DNA of 64,000 bases from the human T2T-CHM13v2.0 reference genome, Homo sapiens, in NCBI RefSeq assembly GCF_009914755.1, contig NC_060932.1; one strand, given 5' to 3'. Position numbers and translations under genes: made by a program. Position 1 is the first letter of the stretch; each line of letters starts with the position of its first letter. The notes beneath the pieces were generated by a model that saw only the letters and a program-made list of their open reading frames with translations, had not been told where the DNA came from and made no database searches. Of the stretch, positions 41,881 to 54,553 are shown one piece after another.

Positions 41881-44800
41881 GAGAATGGCATCTGCCAGGT
41901 ATGTTGCCCCTTTCCAAAGAGGAAGCAACAAGGGTAATGGCCTCCAATGGCTCTGTATGCAGATAGGTGGACAGTAATGTCTGTCCCTCCTGTGACCTAA
42001 GAAGAACAGTTGGCAGACTTGCAGCCAGGCAGTTAGAGGTGACACAGTGTTAGGAGATAAACATCTGTCAGAAGCAGTGCTTCTTTGAATCAGGTGTGAC
42101 ACGAGCCTTGCATCCCTTGCATGGACCCCTTCCCCATTATCTTGCTGTCCTACCTCATGAAGGTGGGTGGGTGCTGGCTGGTGGGTGGTCCCTGTACCAG
42201 GTACACTTTGCCTGCAGTCTTTCCACATGAGTTCCAAGGTACCCCATGTGGTCATCCATGAACGTTGTGTTTTCCTTATGCTGCATGTCCTTTGCCTTTG
42301 AGGAACACGTTTCATTTGACTCTGAGTCCAAACAACTCAAGTGTCCCTATATCTGTACATTGTCCTTCACTTAAGGGAATCTCCAATCCCTAATGACTTT
42401 CTTTTATTTTTGCTATTAATATTATAACAATTAACATTGTCATTATTATCTTCATTGTTGATATTCAGTTATTTTTATTAATAGAGTTACTGTGAATTAT
42501 TATATTGTAGCTACTTACACCAAGATGAAGATAATTTATTAGTTCAGGAAGAATCTGCATTCTGAAGACAAATAGAAGTTCCAGCTACAGATGGGCAGAC
42601 ACATGCCCTCTCAATTCCTGATGGACCTCCTAGTGCCTTCTGGACCTAAGGGGCCTCCCTCAATGTTCCAAGATGCCACCAAGGCAGGGATCAGCTCGTG
42701 CATTCCTGAGAACATCCCGGATGAAGTGAGGCTCTGGAAAAATGCAAGAGTTTCCACATAATCCCAAAAAACACTACAGGTGAACTGGATGCCACAGAAA
42801 GAGGAGTGGTCTTTGTCACAACGAAATCAACAAAATTATTTCGAAGTCAATTAGGAAACTCAGAAATCACTCTTGCTACCATTAAGAGGAAGAACAGGAG
42901 CCTGTGAATGGCATCCCTGGCCTACCTGAGACTCCAAAGATATTTCTCTGTGGCTTCTGACAGCAGAAATCTCTGTGATTTTCAGAAAGGCAGGGATAGC
43001 TCCTGCCAGCCCATCCTTCTGCAGAATGTGTCCCAGCAGATCAGTGGCATGGAACCATCATGGACAGCACAAAGGCTCAAGGGCAGCATCCCAGGCCGGC
43101 CTGTGACTCTAGATAAGTTCTGAGTCCCCATGGGGGCTCAGGAAAGGTTAGTGATGACCTGGAAAGAAGGGACAGGCTGAAACCGCCCCTAAGCAATCTG
43201 CAGGATTCCAACTTCAGCAGGAAGCCAAGGACCAGCTATTACCACACCTGCGCCCCCTGAAAACGCTGGATACAATCACACTCTGCAGAAAGTTCCACAT
43301 AGAAGTGGCTGGGAATTTTGCCTTCTAGACTGCATTTTACACTGCCTCTGGACATGTGATGAGAAATTTAACATTGGTGTATCTAACTCTGACATTTTTC
43401 ACGAAGTGATTTTTTAAAATATGGTAAAAAAGACAAAATATAATTCAAACATATGCATTATATGTCAAAGTATGCTTCGCTGGCATCAAGTAGACTCACC
43501 TTGAGATACAATCTTGGACAACCTCCATCTTCAGAATATCTAGTTTTTCAAACCAAAACTCTCCAACCAAAAATCAATAACATCAAAAGTTTGCAACTAC
43601 AAGCCGACCGAAAATAAATACATGAATTCTACCACAGTGAATTGGACTGCACTGGGAAACACAGATGAAGAAAGCCAACACCGCTTTGTCCTTCAGTACC
43701 TGGCTCCCTTTTCAGCTCGTCTTGCGACTCCAGGCATTATGCCTGAAAAGTCTCCTGGACGCCTGTGAGGCTCTAATTCCCTGGGTCCCATTGTCATGTC
43801 TCTGGATTTGCGAAGATTAACCGGACCTTCTGTGGAACTCCCGTGTCCCTCAACTTTTGTGACATGTCCCCTAATTCTGCCCATGGTCATCTGCACCTGC
43901 ACGACTTAGGGTCCATGTTCCTTGGACGGGAAGAGACAGGCAGGAGTCGGAATGATGAACCAGCACACTGGGGCATTTTCTCATGTAGCCCAAGTGACCC
44001 CATGGTCTTCTTGAGCTTTGGAACCAGTCGCGTCCCCCTTGACACTGCACCCGACTCCCAGTTTCTCAATCTTGTTGGCCCTCCGGCGATCTCCCGTTGG
44101 ATGAATTGCATCTGCTGAAACTCGAGTCCCCTTTGATTTGTGCTTCATTAATTATTCATGATTCAGGTTGGAAGGCCTGCTGACGACCCCCTGTGGCCGT
44201 TTTCCGAGCTTTCCGGTCACATCGTTTCCTTCCACCCTCTTTGGTTCCTTGTGGTCCTGCTCCTTCTGCTGTCAGAGGAGCAGAGAGTTGATCTTATTGA
44301 TTCTGGATACGGATACTTTGTAGGTGATCTGGATAATCAAGATAACGACCCTCAAAAGCGGCGGAAAGGGAGCAGCCATTTGGTGTGTCTCAGCAAATCC
44401 CGCTGAGTTCCGAGGCCGCCTAGGTATGCAATCCTGCTGAGAGTTGTTCCCAGGTCAGAGAATGGAGAGAGCCTGTGCATGATGGGATATCCCTGCCTAG
44501 ATCTTTCAGTGAGTCTCTACCTCAGCTACTCTTAGGATCAGGGGGAGAACCATGGAAAGGCCCGGTGTCAGACATCCGGAAAGAAGAGGGATGAATGTTT
44601 CACCTCTGAAGTACATCCCAAATGTGGGAGTTAACTTCAGCTTTGCTGGGGTCTACTTGGCCAGCGAAACTCTGCCTGGTTCATTCGCACATCCGGAAGC
44701 CACTTCACGGGGAGCCGTCGCAACCGGAACCACACACTTGGCATCGGCGGTTGAGCCAAATGGGGACTCGTGGTGCAAGCAACGCTCCCCACGTGTTAGC

Positions 44801-44990
44801 GTGCGTGAGATTCAATTGGCGGAATTTTACTAGGTGCGTGTTGGTAGAGCGGGGCTGAGGTTTTCTTGCTCCTGTGGATGTATAGGAAGTCAAAGGTCCT
44901 GCCCAGCCCTGCGGTCCCCTCAGTCAACTCTGTTTCGGAGACATAACGATTTGGATTGCTAACAAGTCAAGAAATGTTCAAGTCCTTGGA

Positions 44991-46011
44991 TGTAGGGAAA
45001 AGAAAGAGAGATCAGACTGTCACTGTGTCTATGTCGAAAGGGAAGACATAAGAGACTCTATTTTGAAAAGGACCTGTACTTTAAACAATTGCTTTGCTGA
45101 GATGTTGTTCATTTGTAGCTTTGCCCCAGCCACTTTGCCCCAGCCGCTTTGACCCAACTTGGAGCACACAAAAACCTATGTTGTATAAAATCAAGGTTTA
45201 AGGGATCTAGGGCTGTGCAGGACGTGCCTTGTTAACCAAATGTTTACAAGCAGTATACTTTGTAAAAGTCATTGCCATTCTCTAGTCTCAATAAACCAGG
45301 GACACAATGCACCGTGGAAAGCCGCAGGGACCTCTGCCCTTGAAAGCAGGGTATTGTCCAAAGTTTCTCCCCATGCGATAGTCTGAAATATGGCCTCGTG
45401 GGATGAGAAAGACCTGACTGTCCCCCAGCCTGACACCCGTAAAGCGTCTGTGCTGAGGTGTATTAGTCAAAGAGGAAAGCCTCTTGCAGTTGACATGGAG
45501 GAAGGCCACTGTCTCCTGCTTGCCCCTGGGAACTGAATGTCTCGGTGTAAAACCCGATCGTACATTTGTTCAACTCTGAGCTCGGAGAAAAGCTGCCCTG
45601 TGGAGGGAGGCGAGACATGTTGGCAGTAATGCTGCCTTGTTATTCTTTACTCCGCTGAGATGTTTGGGTGGAGAGAGACATAAATCTGGCCTACGTGCAC
45701 GTCCAGGCATAGTACCTTCCCTTGAACTTAATTATGATATAGATTCTTTTGCTCACATGTTTTTTGTTGACCTCCTTATTATCACCCTGCTCTCCTAGTA
45801 TATTCCTTTTTGCTGAAATAATGAAAATCATAATCAATAAAAACTGAGGGAACTCAGAGGCCGGTGCAGGTCCTTGGTGTGCTGAGTGCCGGTCCCCTGG
45901 ACCCACTGTTGTTTCCCTATACTTTGTCTCTGTGTCTTATTTCTCTTCTCCGTCTCTCATCCCACCCGACTAGAAACACCCACAGGTGTGGAGGGGCAGG
46001 CCACCCCTTCA
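44991..46011 (+). mobile_element. HERV-K (HML-2) solo LTR, LTR5A-type
   Basis: TG...CA ends (tgtagggaaaagaaagagagatcagac ... ggccaccccttca), 1021 bp. TSD CTTGGA at 44985-44990 and 46012-46017. AATAAA at ~45836. Confidence 0.92.
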
Positions 46012-46625
46012 CTTGGAAAATCAGTTACACACAAACACGGAATGAGAGTCAAAAGACAATACGTCATCTTTTTGAGAATTTTATTCACTTCAAAACAAAT
46101 TCAACACACCTGTTTACAAAGGCATTCCAGAGCCCAGTTTTCGAGGCTGAGGAAAGACCCCGAGAGCGCTTCGCACAGCACGCTTCCCAGCGTCCGAAAC
46201 ACTGCTCTCAGGGCGGGGCACAGCGGAAGGGCTGCACCTCTCAGGGTTTCCTAACTTTTCCCTTATTCAGTCATCTAGAGAGCAAATACACAGTAATTCC
46301 CCAGTTTCCTATTGACGTCCCAGCGGAAGTCTGACTCCTGCGCGTCACGCAGTTTCTGAGGCAACGAATCTCTGGCACGGAAGCTTTTCCTGGCGCGTTT
46401 CCGGAGAACCACGCCAACTACAACGTCCCTCACCAGAATTCAATGAGGCAGAGTCCCTGCATCTGCTCCCTGCCTGGCCTGGGCTCCCACATCCACAGAA
46501 GCGCCACAGCCGGGGAGCTTCGGAGTCACCGCACAGAGTGTGCTCTCTGCTCTGCGCTCCTCAGTCCCACAGTCCCCTCCAAGTCACGGGAGCTGGAGGC
46601 CAAGGAGCCCCTGCCACCTGCAGTC

Positions 46626-49600
46626 TCACTGCAGGTCAGAATCGCTGTCCTCTGAGGAGGAGGAAACCTGAAGGTCTTCATAGAGGACGTTCGGTGGGAC
46701 ACGAACACAGGGACCCTCAGACTTCTCTGACACATGAGGGCTCTGAGCGAGGAAGACTCCCAGCTTCTCAGGAGAGTGAAATGAGGGGGCCGCCAGGAGG
46801 CTGGAGCTCCAGCGTCCGTTTTCTAGTCTCCGGAAGAGCACTCTGAGAGGCTGGGCCCCATCATGGCTGGCCGCTGGGTGATGGGACATGGTGCAGGCCT
46901 GGGCAGTGGGCAGGCAAGGTCTGCTGTGCGGAGGCTGCCGGTCGACGCCGGGCACCTGGGCGGGTGTCCTCCTGCCCATCTGGGGCGACGTACTTGGTCC
47001 AAGTTCGGTTGCTGCTGGCGGAGGTTGGAGATTCTCCAGGGCCCCCAGCTCACCTCCCTGGATGGCGCTTTCGGGGATCTGGAAGGGACCCAGTCTCGGT
47101 TTCTTGGGGAAGTTCAGGCAACCCTGAATCGGAGCCTGGGCAGGTCTCTTGGCTCCTGGTCTGAAGCTGAGATTGGAGCCTAGGCCCAAGCTGTGTGTGG
47201 CGGCTGGTGGGCCGGGCTGTCAGGTCACCGCAGGACGTTTGTCTTGTGCCTGGGGTCTGACGGCCTGGAGCAGGCCGTGGGTTTTGGAGGCAGCCTGGGG
47301 AACTTCTCGGCAGCCACCCTCACGGCTGCTGTGTGTCGGCTTCACCACGAGGAGAGGCTCGGGGCCCTGGTGCCTGACTGCAGGCTGAGGGATGTCGGCC
47401 GCAGCACCTGTCTGTCTTTCCTTTGGTCCAAGACTTGAGGAGGATCTCAGACTGGCTTTTCTGAGGGGAGACAGTGAAGCCAAGACGGAGCCTCTGCCAG
47501 ACATTTCGGTAGCTGAGCGATCAGCGAGTTCAGGGTCCACGCACGGCCTCTTACTTGTTGTGTGGACCGGCATTGGCCGGCTTGCAACCTGAAAGAGAGG
47601 AAACAACACAGGTTAGAAGTTCCTCAGCATGGAGCCAACGTGAAAATCAAGCACATCCAAAGACAAGGTGCACACGCCATGAAATTCTTAGTACAGTATC
47701 GACAGGCGGTCCTTGGAAGTAGAGACAGACCCTCCACCTGAGTGCTGATCAGGACAAGACACATGAACGATGCGCTCTCGAGCTATGTGTAGCTGATCTA
47801 AGCACACCATTGTTCAAAAGATCACGTCTTGGGCATTAACTGGATCAAAGCGCCTCCACTCAGCCTTCCATGAAGTGGAACAGACTAATGCCCTTCCGAA
47901 GGCAGGTTGGTGGCTCAAGGGTACTCAGGACGTCTTCTCTGAACACATGCATGTTCCTGGGTTTCGCCTTCTCCACGTTTGGGGCCTCTGAGGGACAAAT
48001 TTCCTCATGCCGCTAGGAACATGTTGTTGGCAGGCTTGCCATAATTGGACAGAAAGAAAGCAACAGGAAATACGGCATCTTCAGATGCCTTCGCCTGGAA
48101 TCAAATTGACCTGGAAGGATCGTGAAGTCCCTGACCCCAAGAAGGCAAGAAAGAGGGGTTCCCCGATTCCCTCCCGCAGACGGGAAGCTGAAAGGAAATC
48201 AACCAGGGTGACCTAGAGGACAAAAAGACCAGGGGCCCAGGGTGACACTCACCCTCAGAAAAACAGAAGATTCCGTGGATCCTTTTCGATTTGGCAGCAG
48301 CTTCTCTGGAGGTTTCCCGGAAAATATGTGGAGGAGAGCCTTTCTCTGCGGGTCTTGTTGCCTGCAGAACAGAAAAAGGTCAGGCCATGGCCCCTGGTTT
48401 TCCTCAGGAGACAGGGAGAACCCTGTCTGGGGCTCAGTCCCATTCCGTGTTTTGTGATACAGAAATGGACATCTGGTGCCCTTTCCACCTCTGCACCTTC
48501 CCTCACGTGCCAACCTTCCCATCCTCCAGGTGGCCCTCTAGGCTTCCTAACTAAGGACTGTGATTTGGATTCCATCGCTTTTCCCCCTGTCGTGGGGAAT
48601 CTGCACGAAGCACCCCCGCCTCTCCCCGTCCCTGAATCTCCCAGAGCCAAAGGAACTCCTGGGTGTGGAACGCCGGAGGACACGGAGCTCCGGCCTATTT
48701 CTCTGCAGCGTTCCTTCCCTGGCCCGGAGACGGAAAGGCACACGGTGTGCAGGTGCAGAGACACCATGTCCTTAGGAGGCAGTACCCTAAGAGTGGTGAA
48801 AACCCCTCCCACTGCTCACCTTGGTCTCTCTTCCTTCTCTCCCTTATCCTTGTTCAAGGGCCCCGGGTTGGCTTCAACCTGGGGCTTCCATGGTTTCAGG
48901 TTTTCCTTCCCTTCCTTTTTCCCCAAGGTCGGTGGAACCAGAGCTGCCTTCCAGCACTTCATGGGGCACCTGGTACTTCTGACCGTGTGGCCAAGGGCCC
49001 TGCAGTTTTTGCACTTGAGCTGTGGGTGGAAAGGAAGTGATGTCAGTGAGTGAGCTGAAGCCACAGGCAGCGATCCCACGTCAACATTAAGACGGATTGT
49101 GAATTCAGAGCTGAATAAGGATTCCAAAGAGGGGACACCAGCATGGGGGCCATTAAGTGCTGGGAGAGTTCGGATGCGATGTTCCCTCCCAAAGCCCATG
49201 TGACGGAGGAACTCTAAAAGGCAGGACTCAAGGTTCTAAGGGGCACGATGGTGAACCCGATGTCAACAGCACAGCCAAACGTGGCTGCACAGGACTCTAA
49301 ATAGAAAGGGAGGTTGCCCCCAAGAGTCTCTCAAGGGGCCTATCGGGCCGCGGAGGAGGTCCCAAGCCACGCCCACCTTGGATGGGAAAAGCAACCTGGC
49401 TGGTGGTGACAGAACTCTTTGGAATCCAACCCAGTCTCTGAGGACCGTGTGACAGCCCCTCCCCCCCGTCCCCACCCCCACCCCGATACCCAAGAGATCC
49501 AGGGCTAGACTTACCCTGGGATCTTCTTCATCGGGCGGGGGAGCCCTTGGCCCAACTGGGGCCCTCCGCTGCTTCTGGAGGGTCTGGGCTCTCACCAGTC

Positions 49601-49637
49601 TCTTTGCCCCAGGTTTGGGGTCACGACGTGCCGTCAT
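46626..49637 (-). pseudogene. FAM90A25P: FAM90A family pseudogene (4 coding exons, single nonsense codon)
   Basis: Exons 49637-49515, 49019-48820, 48361-48253 and 47588-46626 total 465 codons with GT-AG junctions. MTARRDPKPGAKRL; zinc knuckle CKNCRALGHTVRSTRC; TGA at codon 267 (47220-47222); AATAAA at 46080-46085. Paralog number inferred. Confidence 0.9.
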
Positions 49638-50774
49638 CTTCGTCTCCTGGGGGTTTTGTGACCGCCTTTTTCAGGGGTTGACTGTTGGGTCACCTGAAAC
49701 ACACACAAACACACACATGTGGATGGTTAAGCACGTTGGATATTCACACACCCACAGGAAGCCCCCCGCTAACTCCTTGCCGGTGTGGTCATGAGGAGAC
49801 CTCACCACCAGTCGGTCAAATCTGTGGAACACAATGTGCTGTGTGCATCCTCAGATATTGTGTGTTCCTCTGCCATGATTACCTAGTCCAAGAGTAAACT
49901 TCGCCTGCCACAGGGCCTGTGGCCTAGGTATGGGGAGTTGAGCTTTCAACTCCAAACTAACAACTGATTCTGGAGACTGGACTTAGGTCTATTACGATTC
50001 ACTCCGGTAGAAGACACGATGATTCTATCTCCCTTGACGGACAGAATGATCGAAGCCACAGGGCATGGCATTTGTCACCCTTTGGCAGGTCTGTTTGAAA
50101 TCTGGGATAAGGGATGCTTCCTGTCACAACTTGAATCGCTACTCTTGCCATTTCATTAGGCGACTTCCAAACACAAATTCATAGAGAGAAGTTATCTTCC
50201 TCTCTACCACACTAGCAGGTGATGGTCTTTCCTGTTCTATCTTTTTGGCTTTAGCTCCAGCCCCTCTTTATTTATTTTTCTGGTATTTTACACGTGCCAC
50301 ACGAATTCATCTAAACAAACGGTGAATAAGTGCCATATCGTATCGACGTCTTACACCGCTGAAGGGCAAACCACCCTTTTTTCCAAAGTCCTTTTTCCAT
50401 TTACCCACCAATTCAGCATGCTGCAGTACATTTCTTTTCACATTCCCATCTTGGTCTTCTCCCACACGTGGAGACGGAAATGCTTTCTCGTTTTCTGTTC
50501 CAAGAATTACTAGTAACGAGAACACATCCTACCCCATCAGCAAGGCCCAGTGTGATCGGTTTCTCTCGGCGTCCTTTGTCTCTTCCCACCCACCCCTCAG
50601 GGATTGCGTGAAAAAAACAACTGTACAGTGAAACTAACCTGAAATTACACGTCTACTTTCTTTCACCGGCTGGCGCTGAGATGGGCAGGTGCTGGAGCAG
50701 CCCCCCTGGAAGTGATGCAGCATCCAGGAAGACGGAGGAAGGGGCGGAGAAGGACCTCTGCTTTCCAGGCTGCC

Positions 50775-50868
50775 TTTTATACTGCCTCTGGTCACCTGAC
50801 GTGGAACGTACCCTAACCTAATCAGTTACATGTAAGTTAATTGCAATTAACTTAATCCAATTACATGT
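50775..50868 (-). promoter_or_regulatory. FAM90A promoter: TATA box, CRE-like site, DUX4 site, 22-bp palindrome
   Basis: TATAAAA (minus) 50775-50781; TGACGTGG 50797-50804; TAACCTAATCA 50814-50824; palindrome 50833-50854. Confidence 0.65.
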
Positions 50869-51604
50869 CCCGGAAAGGTCTATCTGCACAGCCCACTCTA
50901 AGATCATGTCCACTGCTGACAGACGTTCTAAAACCTACGTGTACAGCTGCAAGCTTTGAAGAATAGATGTTCCCCGTCAGACATGTAACACTGGTGCCTG
51001 TACCCTTGTCTTTTTTTCCATCTTTTTTGTTTTTGTGTTTTGTTTTGTTTTAAAAAATGTGGTAAAATAGACACCTTTTAATTGGACCATATTTACTCTA
51101 CCTCGACGTAGGCCTCAGTGTCTTCAAGGAGATTCTCCTTGACATGCAGTCATGGCCATGATCCATCTTCAGAGTTTCTCTTTCTTCCCCACGGTAGGTC
51201 TGTCAGCAGAGAACCCTGACCACACCCTCATGTGTTTTCTCCTCCAGGAGGCGCTTGGAAACCACCGTCAATTGGACCGCACTGGGAAACACAGATGAAC
51301 AAAGTCAACACCGCTTTGTCCTTCAGTGCCTGGCTCCTTTTTCAGCTCGTCTTGCGACTCTAGGTATTGGAGTCCAGGGAGGGGTACGTCGCCTTTACCC
51401 TGTGCTTGCCACGATCTTGTCTCCTTAATCCTCACTGCAGTTCTCTGCCATAGAGTCTTATACTGCTTTACATGTGGGAAACTGAGGCTCAGAGAGTTTC
51501 ACAGCAGGGCAGGGAGCCCAGATGTGAATCTGTAGATACCAAACTTTCTAATTTTTCAGTAGTTTCCAAGCATCTTTTATTTTTCTTGTTTCTTCGTTGG
51601 TGTC

Positions 51605-51897
51605 TTTTTTTTTTTTTTTTTTTTTGAGACAAAATCTCTGTGCCCAGGCTGAGGTGCAGTGGTGTGATCTCAGCTCACTGCAACCTCGACGTCTCACATT
51701 CAACAATTCTCATGCCTCAACCTCCCGAGTGGCTGGGACTACAGGTGCCCACCACACCCAACTTATTTTTGTATTTTTAGTAGAAACACGGTTTTGCCAT
51801 GTTGGCCAGGCTGGTCTTGAACTCCTGACCTCAGGTGATCCACCCGCCTTGGCCTCCCAATATGCTGGAATTATTGATATGAGCCATTGGGCCCGGT
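51605..51897 (-). mobile_element. AluS
   Basis: Antisense dimeric Alu after a T run. Confidence 0.9.
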
Positions 51898-52102
51898 CAT
51901 GTCATTGGTGCCTTAACCAAGCCTCTTTTAATTTTTCAAACGGAAGAGCCCCTGTCCCTCAGTTACGGCTGCTGAGCCCTTTCAAGGTGAGTCAGTGAGG
52001 AGGGAGAAAAGCGGAAGTGGTGTGGGAAGAGGCGGGGTCTGGGCCAGCTGCTGGTCCTGCTCTCCTCCCTCCTTTGGCCTCTAGGCTCCCAGGAGTGGTT
52101 TC

Positions 52103-52243
52103 GAACCTGCGCCGTGTGCTCTGGAGGCTGTGGCAAGGCAGGCGCGGCTTGGAACCCGCACCATGTGCTCTGGGGGCTGTGGCAAGGCAGGGGCAGCTTG
52201 GAACCTGCGCCATGTGCTCTGGGGGCTGTGCCAGGGCAGGGGG
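52103..52243. repeat. 49-bp GC-rich minisatellite, ~2.9 copies
   Basis: gaacctgcgccatgtgctctgggggctgtggcaaggcagg starting at 52103, 52152 and 52201. Confidence 0.85.
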
Positions 52244-53227
52244 AGTCCTCGTGTCCCCTGCGCACAACACAGACAGAAGGCTGGGTCCACCCAGTGGGCG
52301 GTCGGGTGCCAGGCCAGTGCTTACCCCGCCATGTTTGCAGCCCGAGGCCAGCTGGCTGCAGGTGCAGGACTAGGCGTCAGGGGTCAGGGTGCACACATCC
52401 CTGCAGGTCTCGGGGCTCCTGGGTTGCTTCTGGAAGGGCACAGATGGGGCCTGACTGGAGCTGCCGAGGGGTGGAGCTTCTGGGGAAAGGATCCCTCCTA
52501 GGGGGAGTGTCTTGGGCCTGGGGCCACGTGGCAGGGACAGAGACGGGTCCATGGCAGTGTCTGCTCTTCTCTGTGAAGGCAAAAGGCCTCTGAGGGAGTA
52601 TTACAGCCGCCTCATCCACCAGAAGCATTTCCAGCAGATCCAGGTCTGCACCCCCTGACTGCAGGGCCAAGGACTACCCCCGCTTCTAGGTGAGAGGCCA
52701 GCAGGAGGCTCAGGGAGGAGGCGGGGCCTTAAGCAGGGGGAGCAGGGGTGGGCATGATGTACTTTTTCTGAAAAGGTGGCTCTGGAGGCCACTTGGGGAC
52801 AGGACATGGGCTCTGGCTGAACTCCCGGGAGGAGGCTACTTCCTGGTGTGCCAGCCCCTCCCTGCCAGGTCGCCCCAGAGGCCCTTTACCAAGGGGTTTG
52901 AGGAGGCCACGTCCTTTCAGTCTGCCACGCCCTCCATTCAGTCCTCTTCCTTCCTGCAGGAGGGCTGGGCCTGGGTTTGGGGCCACTGTTGCCCAGGTGT
53001 GGGAGGGCAGTGGCTTTGGGAGGAACAGGGACGATGTGTCAAACAGCGTCGCCTCTCCCAGTGAGATGGTTCTCCTTTGCCTGCATCTCTTTCCCCGTTG
53101 ATTTCTCCAAGTGGGGAGTCGTGGCTTGGTCCTGATGCGTCTCTAGAGCTGCATCTTCCACCTTCCAGTGAGCAGAACAGTTGGAGTCTGAGGGCTTTTT
53201 CCTGGCAGGATTCTCCAGCTAGTCTTT

Positions 53228-53507
53228 GTTTTAGACAGTCTTGCTCCGTTGCCCAGGCTGGAGTGCACGATCTCAGTTCATGCAACCTCCGCCTCCTGGG
53301 TTCAAGCGATTCACCCACCTCAGCCTCCCAAGTAGATTACAGGATTACAGGAGTCCACCACAACAGCTGGCTTATTTTTGTATTTTTAGTAGAGACAGGG
53401 TTTCACCATGTTGTCCAGGCTGGTCTTGAACTCCTGACCTCAAGTGATCCTCTCGCCTTGGCCTCCCTAAGTGCTGGGATTCCAGGCGTGACCCATCATG
53501 CCTGGCC
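53228..53507 (-). mobile_element. AluS
   Basis: Antisense Alu. Confidence 0.88.
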
Positions 53508-53585
53508 CCAGGTAGTCTTTAGAAATGTTAAGCTATTTGGCTTTATTTTCACACTGACAGCTGGTTTGTGGTGGGTGTGTTATGG

Positions 53586-53897
53586 TTTATTATTATTATT
53601 ATTATTATTATCATTATTATTATTTTGAGACGGAGTTTCGCTCTTGTAGACCAGGCTGGAGTGCAATGGCGCGATCTTCGCTCACCGCAACCTCTGCCTT
53701 CCCAGGTTCAAGCGATTCTCCTGCCTCAGCCGCCTGAGTAGCTGGGATTACAGGCACATGCCACGGATTAACATCGCTAATTTTGTATTTATTTTTAGTA
53801 GAGATGGGGATTCACCATGTTGGCCAGGCTGGTCTTGAACTCCTGACCTCAGGTGATCCACCCGCCTTGGCCTCCCAAAATGCTGGGATTACAGGCG
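53586..53897 (-). mobile_element. AluS with (TAT)n tail
   Basis: Antisense Alu missing its 5'-most ~20 bp. Confidence 0.88.
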
Positions 53898-53901
53898 GGA
53901 G

Positions 53902-54018
53902 GTGAACCTGGGAGGTGGAGGTTGCAGGGAGCTGAGATTGTGCCACTGCACTCCAGCCTGGGTGACAGAGTGAGACTCTGTCTCAAAACAAAACAAACAA
54001 CAACAACAAAAAAACAAA
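53902..54018 (+). mobile_element. Alu 3' fragment, inverted relative to its neighbour
   Basis: gtgaacctgggaggtggaggttgcag...tgtctcaaaacaaaac. Confidence 0.85.
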
Positions 54019-54553
54019 TTGTGGTTACGTAGAAAAAGTGTCAACTTACATTTTCAGATGTCCCAGCCAGGCCGTGTGGCTGCTTGGCCAGCTTAAGCCA
54101 CTTGTGCTTGGGGCTGTCGGGGGCCTTATCCAATTTTCACTCCCCTCGGGGGATGTTGTCTCACTGTGCTGGGAGGATTTGTGTTCCCAGGGCAGAGACC
54201 AGCACTCTGACCCACCCCTCTTGCCTAGCAGGGTTGGTGGACCTGGGTGTCTCTCTGGACACATCCTCCAGTGGCCTGGACCTGCCCATGAAGGTGGTGG
54301 ACATGTTCAGGTGCTGTTTGCCTGCGTGTGCCGTGAACTTCAAGTGGTAGGAGCAGAACCCGAATCTTTCTGGGGATAGCTTCACAGATCCACCGCTGAC
54401 GGGGAAGCAGTGCAGAGTGAGCTGCCCAAAGTGAGGCCCTGCCCCTTGGTCAGTCCAGCACACACTGGAGGCCACGAGGAGGAGCCCTGCGGTTACTGTG
54501 GCTGGGCTGAGCCTCACTGAAGTAGGTGCTTCCATTTAGAGCTCATGCTATAT

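Larger units (their letters stand above)
43631..51368. repeat. Single 7.63-kb FAM90A repeat unit bounded by direct repeats
   Basis: 43631-43738 and 51261-51368 are ~90% identical at an offset of 7630 bp, matching the known ~7.6-kb FAM90A tandem unit. Confidence 0.85.

Noticed and set aside
44552-44833. 93-aa plus-strand ORF in the FAM90A spacer
   Set aside because: No recognisable domain or support; this length is expected by chance in GC-rich DNA
48328-49053. 241-aa plus-strand ORF
   Set aside because: Antisense to FAM90A exons and intron; no homology evident
53077-53628. 183-aa ORF and similar Alu-derived ORFs
   Set aside because: Alu translation artefacts
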